Virus record (IMG/VR): IMGVR_UViG_3300020577_006271
Span: 98,684 to 162,683 of that record
Source: a virus
Taxonomy: Duplodnaviria; Caudoviricetes
Reading direction: 5' to 3' (one strand)
DNA: 64,000 bases
Shown here piece by piece: positions 20,347 through 29,924 of this stretch. Below the pieces are notes generated by a model. That model saw only the letters and a program-made list of their open reading frames with translations. It did not search any database and was not told the origin of the DNA. The position numbers were made by a program, and so were the translations under genes. How positions within the stretch are numbered: position 1 is the first letter of the stretch; each line of letters starts with the position of its first letter.

Positions 20347-21551
20347 TGAAAAATTTTACATTTATCCCATCCATTTCGGCTGGATACTTATATAACGGAA
20401 TTGTTACTGATAAAACATTCTTGAATGGGATGCCTTACGATTATTATAATTACGAAGGAAAATTTAATTACCCATATTTTCTTATAACTGCAGGAAATTT
20501 TTACAAAAAAGATGTTTACGAAAAATCGAAATTCTTCAAGAATGAGAACGTTGAAATATTTGGCGACTCGGGTGGATATCAAATAGCAACTGGGACATTA
20601 AAATGGAATAAGGATATACGGCATACAATAATGACTTGGCTGGAAAGAAATTCAACCGTTGCCGCAAATCTTGATATACCACCAAGATCAAAATTATTTT
20701 CAACGACGGACGCAAGAGAAATATCGTATGACAATTTCAAGTATTTTCATGAAAATCAGTCGGGTAAAACTAAATTTTTGAATGTGTTACAAGGTAAAGA
20801 TTTAATTTCATATTCATCCTGGTATAATATGGTTAAAGAATTTACTGACTTTGAAGGATGGTGCATTGGCAACGTATCTACTATATCAAACATTATTACG
20901 TCAATATATGTGTTACTGAAGAACAAAGAGCATCTAAGATCTAAGGTAATACATTTTCTTGGTGCATCTAGTCCGGATTCATTTGTAATTATGTCACATT
21001 TTCAAAATGCGTTAAACAATGTTGGATTAGACGTACAAATATTTTCCGATTCGTCAAGTCCTAACTCAGCAAGATTTGGATATTACTATACTGACATTGA
21101 TTATAAGACTTTAGCCTGGAGGAATTTTCATATTCCATACATACGAGAAGAAAATATCGAAAATTTAGACAAATATAAATCAGAAATTTATAAATCAGAT
21201 TCAAATTCGATATTGCCATTGTACACAGATTTCGACAAAGAAATATTTATAAATTTATTCAACCACCAAGATTTACTTGATTATAATTCTAGATTTTGTA
21301 GTGCCTTAATATTAAGAAATATTCATGTCTATAAAGCACAAGTGGAAATTATCAATGAATTTGTCAAAGCTCCCGAATATTATAGAAAACATATTTTTCC
21401 AGAGAGTATTGCTAAATTAGGGTCAATGATAAACGAAATGGTAGAATCAACATCATCACAAATGATTGACTCAATATATAATAAATATTCTCCAATACTC
21501 AACAAATATAAAAGCTCAACCACGGCTGGAACCAATCAACAACTGTTTTAA
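20346..21551 (+). CDS. TGT-fold transglycosylase (DpdA-like, putative DNA 7-deazaguanine insertase)
   Basis: DSGGYQ, LDIPP, VLQG, GWCIG, IHFLG and SDSSS TGT motifs; immediately upstream of DNA polymerase. Confidence 0.75.
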   Translation: MKNFTFIPSISAGYLYNGIVTDKTFLNGMPYDYYNYEGKFNYPYFLITAGNFYKKDVYEKSKFFKNENVEIFGDSGGYQIATGTLKWNKDIRHTIMTWLERNSTVAANLDIPPRSKLFSTTDAREISYDNFKYFHENQSGKTKFLNVLQGKDLISYSSWYNMVKEFTDFEGWCIGNVSTISNIITSIYVLLKNKEHLRSKVIHFLGASSPDSFVIMSHFQNALNNVGLDVQIFSDSSSPNSARFGYYYTDIDYKTLAWRNFHIPYIREENIENLDKYKSEIYKSDSNSILPLYTDFDKEIFINLFNHQDLLDYNSRFCSALILRNIHVYKAQVEIINEFVKAPEYYRKHIFPESIAKLGSMINEMVESTSSQMIDSIYNKYSPILNKYKSSTTAGTNQQLF

Positions 21552-21552
21552 T

Positions 21553-23388
21553 ATGTATAGCAGAATCCATTACGATCGTAATAAAAACCTAATTCATTTA
21601 TGGGATGATGTAAACGGGTATTCGAATTTTGAATATCAGCCATATGCATATATCAGCGATGTTAACGGTGATAAAAAGACAATGTCTGGCATTCCAGTAA
21701 AACGCACCACTCGGTGGAATTCTACCGCTGAAGAGTTAGGTATTATATTTGAGGCAGACGTTCAACCAGAGATGCGTACATTAATTGACTTATATGGAAA
21801 TTCAGATGAAATTTCAAAACGATTAATCCTTTACGCTGACATTGAGGTTAGAAAAAATGAAAAATATTCAACGGTTGCTGAAGCTGCGAATGAAATCAAT
21901 GCAATAACTTATATCACTAATGAAACTGATATTTATACAGTTTTACTCTTGGATGAAAATAGTGCACCGAGAAACTATAGAACAACGGTACAAATTCCAA
22001 AAACAGAAATATTTGTAGAATGCAATATTAAAGTTTTTAATTCCGAAACAACGCTTTTAAAAGCATTTTTAAAGGATTTAAGAGAAATTGATCCTGTAAT
22101 ATTTACTGGCTGGAATACGGATCAATATGACATTCCGTATTTGCACAACCGTATTGAAAAGGTTTTAGGTTATGAATATAAATTATTACTAAGTCCAATA
22201 TCAATAGTTAGAACCAACGAATATGCAGGGAAAACTGAAATTAAAATAGCTGGGTTATATAATTTAGATTATTTAGATTTATACAAGAAATTCACTTATT
22301 CAGAAGAACCATCATATAAATTAGATTCGATTGCTATTAAAGAATTGGGAATTGGTAAGGTTGAATATGAAGGATCGCTGGATGATTTATGGCGGCAAAA
22401 TCCAGATAAATTTATTAGTTATGCAGTGATTGATGTCTGGTTAATAAAACAACTTGACAAAAAATTAGATTTCATCGACATTGCTTGTGGTATTTGCCAT
22501 AAAGGGCATGTACCATACTCGGACATTCAATTTACATCTAAATACCTTGAAGGTGCGTTGTTAACACATTTGCATAGAAATAATTTAGTTGCAATTTCAA
22601 CAGAGAAAACTAAACATCATGATACTGCTGAAGGTGCGTATGTCAAAGAACCAATTCCAGGAATTTATCGTTGGATTTATGATTTAGACTTGACGTCATT
22701 ATACCCTTGGAATATTATAAACTTAAATATTTCCCCAGAAACTAAATTTGGATTTATTGTAGACTGGAATCAGGAGAAGTTTTTAAAGGATATAGACCGT
22801 TCATGGAAATTGCTTAAAAAGGTAGATACATCAACGTATAAATTTTTCAAAGATCTTGATGAAATTAATGAAAATGAATTCAATTTTGCCACAACAATAG
22901 AATTCAAACAATTTATAATTGATAATAATTTATCGATTTCATCATCTGGTATTTTATATTCATTGGATACCCCTGGATTGATTCCAACTGTTTTGAAAAT
23001 TTGGTTTGCGGAACGGACAGAATATTCAAATCTTATGAAGGAATATGGACTATCTGGAGATTCAGAAACGGAACGATATTATGATAAAAAACAATTAGTT
23101 ACAAAAATTCTGTTAAATTCGCTATATGGTGTATTGTTGTTACCAACATTTCGTTTCTATGATCGTCAAAATGGGGAAAGCGTGACAACTGTTGGACAGT
23201 CTGTGATAAAATGGGCAACCGCAATAGCAGATAAGTTTTATCACAAAGAATTAGCAGAATTTAATTGTATTTATCGACTTGAAATGGAAAACGGTACGGT
23301 TAAAAGTTTACATGGATTCGATTTGATAAATACAAATTCTGGGAAAAAATATGTTTTCCAATTAACTCCTGATGATGAATTAATATAA
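21553..23388 (+). CDS. Family B DNA polymerase, N-terminal half (exonuclease plus motifs A and B)
   Basis: DIE, GWN...YD, DLDLTSLYP and KILLNSLYG; lacks motif C; likely start MYSRIH at 21553. Confidence 0.9.
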   Translation: MYSRIHYDRNKNLIHLWDDVNGYSNFEYQPYAYISDVNGDKKTMSGIPVKRTTRWNSTAEELGIIFEADVQPEMRTLIDLYGNSDEISKRLILYADIEVRKNEKYSTVAEAANEINAITYITNETDIYTVLLLDENSAPRNYRTTVQIPKTEIFVECNIKVFNSETTLLKAFLKDLREIDPVIFTGWNTDQYDIPYLHNRIEKVLGYEYKLLLSPISIVRTNEYAGKTEIKIAGLYNLDYLDLYKKFTYSEEPSYKLDSIAIKELGIGKVEYEGSLDDLWRQNPDKFISYAVIDVWLIKQLDKKLDFIDIACGICHKGHVPYSDIQFTSKYLEGALLTHLHRNNLVAISTEKTKHHDTAEGAYVKEPIPGIYRWIYDLDLTSLYPWNIINLNISPETKFGFIVDWNQEKFLKDIDRSWKLLKKVDTSTYKFFKDLDEINENEFNFATTIEFKQFIIDNNLSISSSGILYSLDTPGLIPTVLKIWFAERTEYSNLMKEYGLSGDSETERYYDKKQLVTKILLNSLYGVLLLPTFRFYDRQNGESVTTVGQSVIKWATAIADKFYHKELAEFNCIYRLEMENGTVKSLHGFDLINTNSGKKYVFQLTPDDELI

Positions 23389-23390
23389 AT

Positions 23391-23690
23391 ATGAAAGTTG
23401 AAAAAACCAAAGAAAGCGTAATATTAGAAATTCTTTTTGACGCTGGAGTCAAATTTGACAAAAATGATTTTGATCTATATAAAACCATATTCGATAATGG
23501 TTATTATTTTAAAACTTTATTAATGGAACAAACGTTATCAAAATTATTAAGATTCAAGGAAGAAATTCTAGAACAAAGAAAAATGTTAACCGAACCAAGA
23601 CCAGGAATATACTTAAAATATAATAACAGATTAGGTTGGAAAATTGTAATATATTGGTATAATAATAACATAGAAACAATTAATACATGA
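23391..23690 (+). CDS. Hypothetical protein between the polymerase halves
   Basis: 99 aa ORF tightly coupled to both halves; no recognisable nuclease motif. Confidence 0.55.
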   Translation: MKVEKTKESVILEILFDAGVKFDKNDFDLYKTIFDNGYYFKTLLMEQTLSKLLRFKEEILEQRKMLTEPRPGIYLKYNNRLGWKIVIYWYNNNIETINT

Positions 23691-24634
23691 AAATAAAAAG
23701 TATCAAGTCGTTGACAATCAATACGGAACATATTATATCTTTTTCTATATATACTGATACTGACAGTATATTCTATCCATTGGAACCATTAATGATAGCT
23801 AGATATGGGAAACAAAATTTCACTGACGAAGAGTTTATAGAAAAAGGGTTACCCTTAATTAATGAAATCCAAAATTATATTAATAAATCATATGATGTAT
23901 ATGCTAAACGATATCATAATGTATCTACCCATGGGTGGAATTTGAAACAAGAATTGTTGGCAAGAAGAGGATTCTGGTCGGGAAAGGTAGAAAAACCAAA
24001 AAAAGGGCAACTTCCAAATTCTATATCTACTGTTACTGGTGTTAAAAAACGCTATGCGCAGTGGATTGTAAATAAAAAGGGGGTTCCTAAAAATTACATG
24101 GATGTCAAGGGCCTTGAATCAGTTAGATCCAATTATCCTAAAATTTTTAGATCTAAACTTGCCCAGATATTTGAAAAATTATTACATGACTGCACTGAAG
24201 ACGAAATGAATAATTTTCTTAGGTCATTTAAAAAACAAATTAAAGAAATTGATATGTGGGATATTATGATCCCAACTTCAGTTAATTCAGTCGAAGATTA
24301 TTCAACCGGGGTTTTTGGTTCATATGGAAAAAAGACTCCAGCTCATGTTAAGGCAGCATTAAATTATAATTCTGTCATTGATTTACTAAAATTGGAAGTA
24401 CCTAAATTAACCGATGGTGATAAAATATTATGGTGTTATTTAACAAATAATCCATATTATTTTGATGCTATAGCAATTTCAAGAGAATCAAATCCTCCAG
24501 AATTAATAAATTTTGTCGAAAAACACATTGATCGAAATGCTGTCTTTGAAAATTTATTCTTAAATAAAGTTCAGGGTTATTATTCGTCAATTGGATGGGG
24601 AAAAATTCAAATTAATTCAAACTTTTTCTTCTAA
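23687..24634 (+). CDS. Family B DNA polymerase, C-terminal half (motif C plus thumb)
   Basis: YTDTDS, KKRYA, KGLESVRS and PAHVKAA. Confidence 0.9.
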   Translation: MKIKSIKSLTINTEHIISFSIYTDTDSIFYPLEPLMIARYGKQNFTDEEFIEKGLPLINEIQNYINKSYDVYAKRYHNVSTHGWNLKQELLARRGFWSGKVEKPKKGQLPNSISTVTGVKKRYAQWIVNKKGVPKNYMDVKGLESVRSNYPKIFRSKLAQIFEKLLHDCTEDEMNNFLRSFKKQIKEIDMWDIMIPTSVNSVEDYSTGVFGSYGKKTPAHVKAALNYNSVIDLLKLEVPKLTDGDKILWCYLTNNPYYFDAIAISRESNPPELINFVEKHIDRNAVFENLFLNKVQGYYSSIGWGKIQINSNFFF

Positions 24635-24684
24635 AAATTTGGAAATGTGAAAAAAATTTTGTATATTGTATAAACATTAAAAAA

Positions 24685-25416
24685 ATGCTAAAAGATAATA
24701 TTTTAAATTTCATAAACAAATATAATCTCGACTCAAGTAGCAGTCGGGGAGATACACCGGTGATAATAACTGCTTCTGATTCTAAATTAGCAGTACAATT
24801 TAAATCTGAAGATGCAACTATTTTAGGCAAGATCGTCGCCCAAAACATTGATTTGCCTGATGGGAAATACGGGGTGTTCAATACTAGCACACTGCTTGCA
24901 TTATGTAAATTGATGCAAAATGAATTTGACATTAATGTATTGCACGAAGGTGATGCTGCAAATATACCAACCAAATTGATATTATCTGATAGTTCATATC
25001 GTGCAGAATTTATATTAGCAGATTTAGATATTATACCTTCAGCCGAATCAAGGTTGTTAGCTCCAGAATATGATGTAGTGATTGAAATTACACCATCTAT
25101 TATAGACAGATACGTCAAATCATTAGCTGCCTTGCCCGCTCAATTTGTAGCATTCCGTTCCAAAAAAGGAAGATTGGAATTAATAATTAACTATTCCAGC
25201 CAAACATCTAATACGATTATTTTAGATTTAGGTCCAGACAATTCCAATGCGTTGATTGCGCCATTAGTATTTAATGCTTCCCGGTTAAAGGATATATTGT
25301 TAGCTAATAAAGATTTAATTGATGGTAAGATATCCTTCTGCCAAAATTTTGCAGAGCTGATTTTTAAAAGTGAAACCATAATGGCAAAATATTACATTTC
25401 ATCGATAATTGATTAA
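24685..25416 (+). CDS. Sliding clamp (gp45-like)
   Basis: 243 aa; follows the polymerase; GVFNT..LL and LAD..IIP patterns. Confidence 0.7.
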   Translation: MLKDNILNFINKYNLDSSSSRGDTPVIITASDSKLAVQFKSEDATILGKIVAQNIDLPDGKYGVFNTSTLLALCKLMQNEFDINVLHEGDAANIPTKLILSDSSYRAEFILADLDIIPSAESRLLAPEYDVVIEITPSIIDRYVKSLAALPAQFVAFRSKKGRLELIINYSSQTSNTIILDLGPDNSNALIAPLVFNASRLKDILLANKDLIDGKISFCQNFAELIFKSETIMAKYYISSIID

Positions 25417-25417
25417 C

Positions 25418-26179
25418 ATGAATACTAAAATAGAAGAAATCTTAGCTGAATCAGCAGCGTATGGGATGCGTAATGATGTTATTTCGTTAGCAATAAATTT
25501 GTCTAATGTTTATAAAAATTTCATGAAAACTAATTTTCCATCAAATGCAATATCTGAAAATTCCGAATCTTTTTACGAATTGGCTTATGATCTCCTAATA
25601 GGCGAAGAAGATGAATCTAATGAATTCGCAGTGCATGATCATGACAGTAATATTAAACCATACGGAAATGAATTAAATCTGTATTGTGGTCCAGAAGAAT
25701 ATCTAGAACGTCTGGATTTTGTTGCCACTGAAATTTCAATGAAAGATGAAAGTATGAATTGGAAACAAGCTCAAACTGGTAAACCGTTGTTTGAGAATGT
25801 ATTTATACTCACCGACGTTTGGTCTATGTTCACTTATTATGAACTATGTATATCAATGAATTTGTATGATTCTCCTAGACTAATCATTGCACCTGATTTG
25901 ATTACTAATCTACCTGAAATACCAGCCGGTTCTAACATATATGTTTTGTCATATCACAGGACCGATAAAAGTATAGGAATCATCGATGAATTATTAAAAT
26001 TTGGAATACATCCTTCGGACATAACCAGTATAGAAGTTTTGGGCCAACACACCATGACTCCATGCCAAACTATACCTTTGATTGCTATAACAGACAATAA
26101 TATACTAATTGATTGCTATGGATTAGGGAAACCAACTAAAGATGGAAAATACTCAGAAACATTAGGTATTTATTATTAA
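25418..26179 (+). CDS. Degenerate phosphoribosyltransferase (HPRT-like) fused to an acidic N-terminal domain
   Basis: C-terminus ILIDCYGL...GKYSETLGIY resembles the HPRT terminus; PRPP-binding loop not conserved. Confidence 0.3.
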   Translation: MNTKIEEILAESAAYGMRNDVISLAINLSNVYKNFMKTNFPSNAISENSESFYELAYDLLIGEEDESNEFAVHDHDSNIKPYGNELNLYCGPEEYLERLDFVATEISMKDESMNWKQAQTGKPLFENVFILTDVWSMFTYYELCISMNLYDSPRLIIAPDLITNLPEIPAGSNIYVLSYHRTDKSIGIIDELLKFGIHPSDITSIEVLGQHTMTPCQTIPLIAITDNNILIDCYGLGKPTKDGKYSETLGIYY

Positions 26180-26493
26180 TTTTTTAAAACAATTTCAAAA
26201 TGGAATTTATTTATCATGCTCTTGGTATATGTGGAGAATCACATGCCAATATTTATCACTTTTTAGCTGTTGGAGGTTTAATTTATGCGATTCAAAAGAT
26301 CAATTTTATACGACGTCGAAAGAAAGAAGGACAAGTTTACGAATCTGATGTATGTGTCAATACATAATAACGATTATGTATTTGTACAATTTAATGATCA
26401 GCTTAAATCGGAGTCGATAGTTAGATTAAACCGCCACGGTATTATATCAGCAAAATTGTCTTCACAACAATTTCAAATTTTAAAATTTAAAAA

Positions 26494-26925
26494 ATGACAT
26501 ATACAATTTCAAAAACATTTTTGGGCTATCCATTCGCCCATCGCCAGCCTAAACATGACGGACACTGTTCTTTAATTCATGGACATAACTGGGACTTCAC
26601 CATTGAGTTATCGGCTCCCGAAGGACAACTCGACGAAAATGATTTCGTTTATGATTTCGGCAAATTTGCTTGGTTGAAAACTTGGTTCACGGATATGTTT
26701 GACCATACATGTGTAATTAATGCGACTGACCCTCTAATTGAAAAATTTACTACAATGAATTCTGAAGGTCTAATTAATTTGAAAATTGTTCCGTCTGCAT
26801 CAGCTGAAGGATTAGCAAAACTGATTTATGACCATATATCTAAGCAAGATTTAGGTACAGATGTTACATTAGTATCGGTTACAGTTCATGAGGATTATAA
26901 AAACCAAGCTAAATATTCAATTTAA
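26494..26925 (+). CDS. queD: 6-carboxytetrahydropterin synthase
   Basis: AHRQ...HCSLIHGH, DFG, FDH and SAE motifs. Confidence 0.9.
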   Translation: MTYTISKTFLGYPFAHRQPKHDGHCSLIHGHNWDFTIELSAPEGQLDENDFVYDFGKFAWLKTWFTDMFDHTCVINATDPLIEKFTTMNSEGLINLKIVPSASAEGLAKLIYDHISKQDLGTDVTLVSVTVHEDYKNQAKYSI

Positions 26926-26981
26926 CACGTCAAATCTCGACGGTAGTCAATTTAAATTAAATAAACATACAAATACATATC

Positions 26982-27188
26982 ATGTCAGATCAAGCCTTTT
27001 ATAACGTTAGAACTCAACGAGAAGTTGAACAACCAAATGGTAAAATCAAAAAAGTTTCGGAACAATATCTGGTTAAAGCGGTATCTGTAACAGATGCCGA
27101 AGCTACAATAACAAACCATTTGAAAGATGAACCATTTGACTGGTTTGTAAAATCAGTATCGGAGACCAAAATTCTAGAAGTTGTATAA
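26982..27188 (+). CDS. DUF4494-like protein
   Basis: G..KKV.EQYLV.A.S.T.AEA...VKSVSETKI.EV. Confidence 0.7.
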   Translation: MSDQAFYNVRTQREVEQPNGKIKKVSEQYLVKAVSVTDAEATITNHLKDEPFDWFVKSVSETKILEVV

Positions 27189-28254
27189 ACGCAACACCAT
27201 TTATTTTATTGATAACCAAGTTCCAATAAGTAGGATCAATTCTGAGTGGCAGTTAATAAGTGCCATATTATATGAGATCTTTAAAAATATTGGACTTGGT
27301 GTCAAAATAATTAGTAATGAGTATAATGTACAATCGTTAGATTATGCTCAGCGTATAATTTATTCTGCTGAGATTAATAAAAAGTTATTTGATCTTATCG
27401 GATTTATTAAGCACCGTGATATATTAATATTTACCGACGCTAGATCTTCTTTGATTCATGATGTCTATGAATATTTCATCCTTAAGGGGATTAGACCATA
27501 TATTATTGGAATCTGGCATGACGGATATTGGAATGGAAGTTCCATCTATAAAAAAATGTACCAAAAACGAAATATTTCATATTCGCCAATTGAATATGAA
27601 CGAATGTTGGCAAAGATATTTGATTTAAATCTAATCACAAACCCAGTACAATATTCGTATTTCAAAACCCAGGTTTCAGCTAAATCAAAATTTGTCAATT
27701 TGCCATTTGCCTTGTTAAAGGATGCGTACGCAGTAACGGAATTATCAGATATATATTCCACGAAACTGGATACAATCTTAATTAACAGCAACGATATATT
27801 AGGCAAGGATACGGTACTGAAAAACAAGTATGATATCATGGTCAAGGAATTATCAGAATTTGATATTTTTGATATATCCGTCATAAAGACGCATAATTTA
27901 AAGGTCAATCTTCCTGCCTTTGGCAAAAGTAAAATTATGATAAATCTAAATTCAATGACAACTTCTCCGGTAGAAATATTTCATTGTCTCCAATTAGGAA
28001 TTTTAACAATTACTGTCGAAAATAAATATTTAACAGATATTGGATATCCTGAAGAATTGTTGTTAGAAAAACATGAAGTTAATACCGAGAAATTATATAA
28101 ATTTATTCGGTATTGCAGCACAATCAACGAAAAGTTGCAAATTGCCAACGAACGTTATACAGAATTGTTAGAACAAACTAAACAAATATTAGAGCCTGAA
28201 TATTCAGCCGAACCATTTTTAAAATTAATCAAAAATGTCAAAAATAGAAAATGA
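27181..28254 (+). CDS. Putative divergent glycosyltransferase
   Basis: 357 aa; LIFTD...GIWHDG.W pattern as in phage GT-B proteins. Confidence 0.4.
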   Translation: MYKRNTIYFIDNQVPISRINSEWQLISAILYEIFKNIGLGVKIISNEYNVQSLDYAQRIIYSAEINKKLFDLIGFIKHRDILIFTDARSSLIHDVYEYFILKGIRPYIIGIWHDGYWNGSSIYKKMYQKRNISYSPIEYERMLAKIFDLNLITNPVQYSYFKTQVSAKSKFVNLPFALLKDAYAVTELSDIYSTKLDTILINSNDILGKDTVLKNKYDIMVKELSEFDIFDISVIKTHNLKVNLPAFGKSKIMINLNSMTTSPVEIFHCLQLGILTITVENKYLTDIGYPEELLLEKHEVNTEKLYKFIRYCSTINEKLQIANERYTELLEQTKQILEPEYSAEPFLKLIKNVKNRK

Positions 28255-29173
28255 TTGGTGGGCGGAAAAATATCGCCCCAAAACAATTGAAGAATATTCA
28301 GGTAATACTGAAGTGGTAGATTATTTTAATCATTGCATTAGTACCAATACATTAAACCACTTGCTTTTATATAATGCAAAATCTGGAACGGGTAAAACTT
28401 CAGCAGCCAAAATATTAGCAAATTCATTAGATTCAGATGTAATGTACATTAATGCTTCTGATGAAAACTCTGTCGACACTGTCAGAGATAGAATAAAAAC
28501 TTTTGCTTCAGCAAATTCGTTTAAAAGATGGAAGATTATTATATTAGATGAATTTTCATATTTTACACCAAATGCTCAAAGTGCCTTGAATGCCATAATG
28601 GAAACATTTAGTAAATCAACACGGTTTATTCTAACTTGTAATTATGTTGAGAAGGTCCTCCCGTCAATACAGAGCAGATGTACATGTTTCCATTTAGAAT
28701 CGCCATCAAAACCATTGATTGCAAAACGCATAGTGCATATTCTTAAAACTGAAGGGATAACTTTTAAACCAGAAGATGTTGCTACCATGGTCAATCGAAA
28801 TTATCCGGACCAACGGAGTATCATTAATGAAGTGCAGCGGGCAGCAATAACTGGAAGTTTGATAGTACCAACATCAACAGCATTGAATTCGGATTCATAC
28901 ATGTCTAAATTATTAGACGTTTTATTAGAGACTAAAAAATCTAAGAAGGAAACATTTACATCGTGCCGACAAATAATAGCCGATTCAAAAGTTCGAACCT
29001 TTGAAGATTTATATCGTTTTCTTTATGATAATTCAGAAAAATTATCTCCAACTAACCAGGCAGCACTAATCTTAGAAATTTCAACTTATGCACAGCGTGA
29101 CACGCAGGTGCTAGATAAAGAAATAAACGCCATGGCGCTTTTAATCCAAATTATAAACTTAATTAAATCATAA
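28235..29173 (+). CDS. Clamp loader large subunit (gp44/RFC-like AAA+)
   Basis: WAEKYRP, GTGKT, INASD, IILDE and SRC. Confidence 0.95.
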   Translation: MSKIENDWWAEKYRPKTIEEYSGNTEVVDYFNHCISTNTLNHLLLYNAKSGTGKTSAAKILANSLDSDVMYINASDENSVDTVRDRIKTFASANSFKRWKIIILDEFSYFTPNAQSALNAIMETFSKSTRFILTCNYVEKVLPSIQSRCTCFHLESPSKPLIAKRIVHILKTEGITFKPEDVATMVNRNYPDQRSIINEVQRAAITGSLIVPTSTALNSDSYMSKLLDVLLETKKSKKETFTSCRQIIADSKVRTFEDLYRFLYDNSEKLSPTNQAALILEISTYAQRDTQVLDKEINAMALLIQIINLIKS

Positions 29174-29469
29174 TGTCAGAATTAAACCCAATGTTACTCA
29201 AGGGATCGGAACGCCTTAGTTGTCAATCCTGTTCAGGTATATTTTTTAATCAATATTTGGTATTTCAAAAGATTTCAAAGTTTAAAGTTGGCGCACCTAC
29301 GGATGTCATTGTACCTATGCCTATACACCGTTGTGCAGATTGTGGCACACCAATCCAAGAAGATTTGGATTTACTAAATGATTTAGTTGCGTCGGTGCCA
29401 TATTCTCCTGAGCTCGAAGATAACAAAATTAGAAATTTAAAACCTAACAGCACCATAATAACACACTAA
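29173..29469 (+). CDS. Zinc-ribbon protein
   Basis: CxxC...CxxCG. Confidence 0.6.
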   Translation: MSELNPMLLKGSERLSCQSCSGIFFNQYLVFQKISKFKVGAPTDVIVPMPIHRCADCGTPIQEDLDLLNDLVASVPYSPELEDNKIRNLKPNSTIITH

Positions 29470-29924
29470 TGGCAGTAATCAAGACAAAAAGCTTGTTTGA
29501 TCATTTAAAGGATCTTCATACAAAGGAAACAAAATGGGATAACTTAACTGAATCTGACAAAAAGACTTTTTCGGTTTATATGGTTAACAGATTTTTGTCA
29601 ATGAATCCCGATTATATCGATATTATTAATGAATTACAACCAGTTATAACAAATGTCGAGCCACGGTTCGCCTACATAATTTACCAAACAATCTTACCTA
29701 AATCTCGGGGGTTTTTTAGCAAATACATCAAGGCGGTAGCAACACGCAATTATACCAAAGAATTAATTGATTTAATTAGTTCTCAGACTGATACTGCAAC
29801 ATATGAAGTAATTGATTTTCTTGATATATTACCTGATATAAATAGGTTGCATGATTTCGTGAAATCATTTGGTAAATCAGAAAAAGAAATTGAAAAAATT
29901 TTAAAAACGAAAAATGAAGAATGA
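29469..29924 (+). CDS. Clamp loader small subunit (gp62-like)
   Basis: LFDHL...YMVNRFLSM...INELQ...KYIK. Confidence 0.75.
   Translation: MAVIKTKSLFDHLKDLHTKETKWDNLTESDKKTFSVYMVNRFLSMNPDYIDIINELQPVITNVEPRFAYIIYQTILPKSRGFFSKYIKAVATRNYTKELIDLISSQTDTATYEVIDFLDILPDINRLHDFVKSFGKSEKEIEKILKTKNEE

Noticed and set aside
23250-23770. Functional split intein in the DNA polymerase
   Set aside because: No block A, no correctly spaced TxxH, and no His-Asn before a Ser/Thr/Cys.
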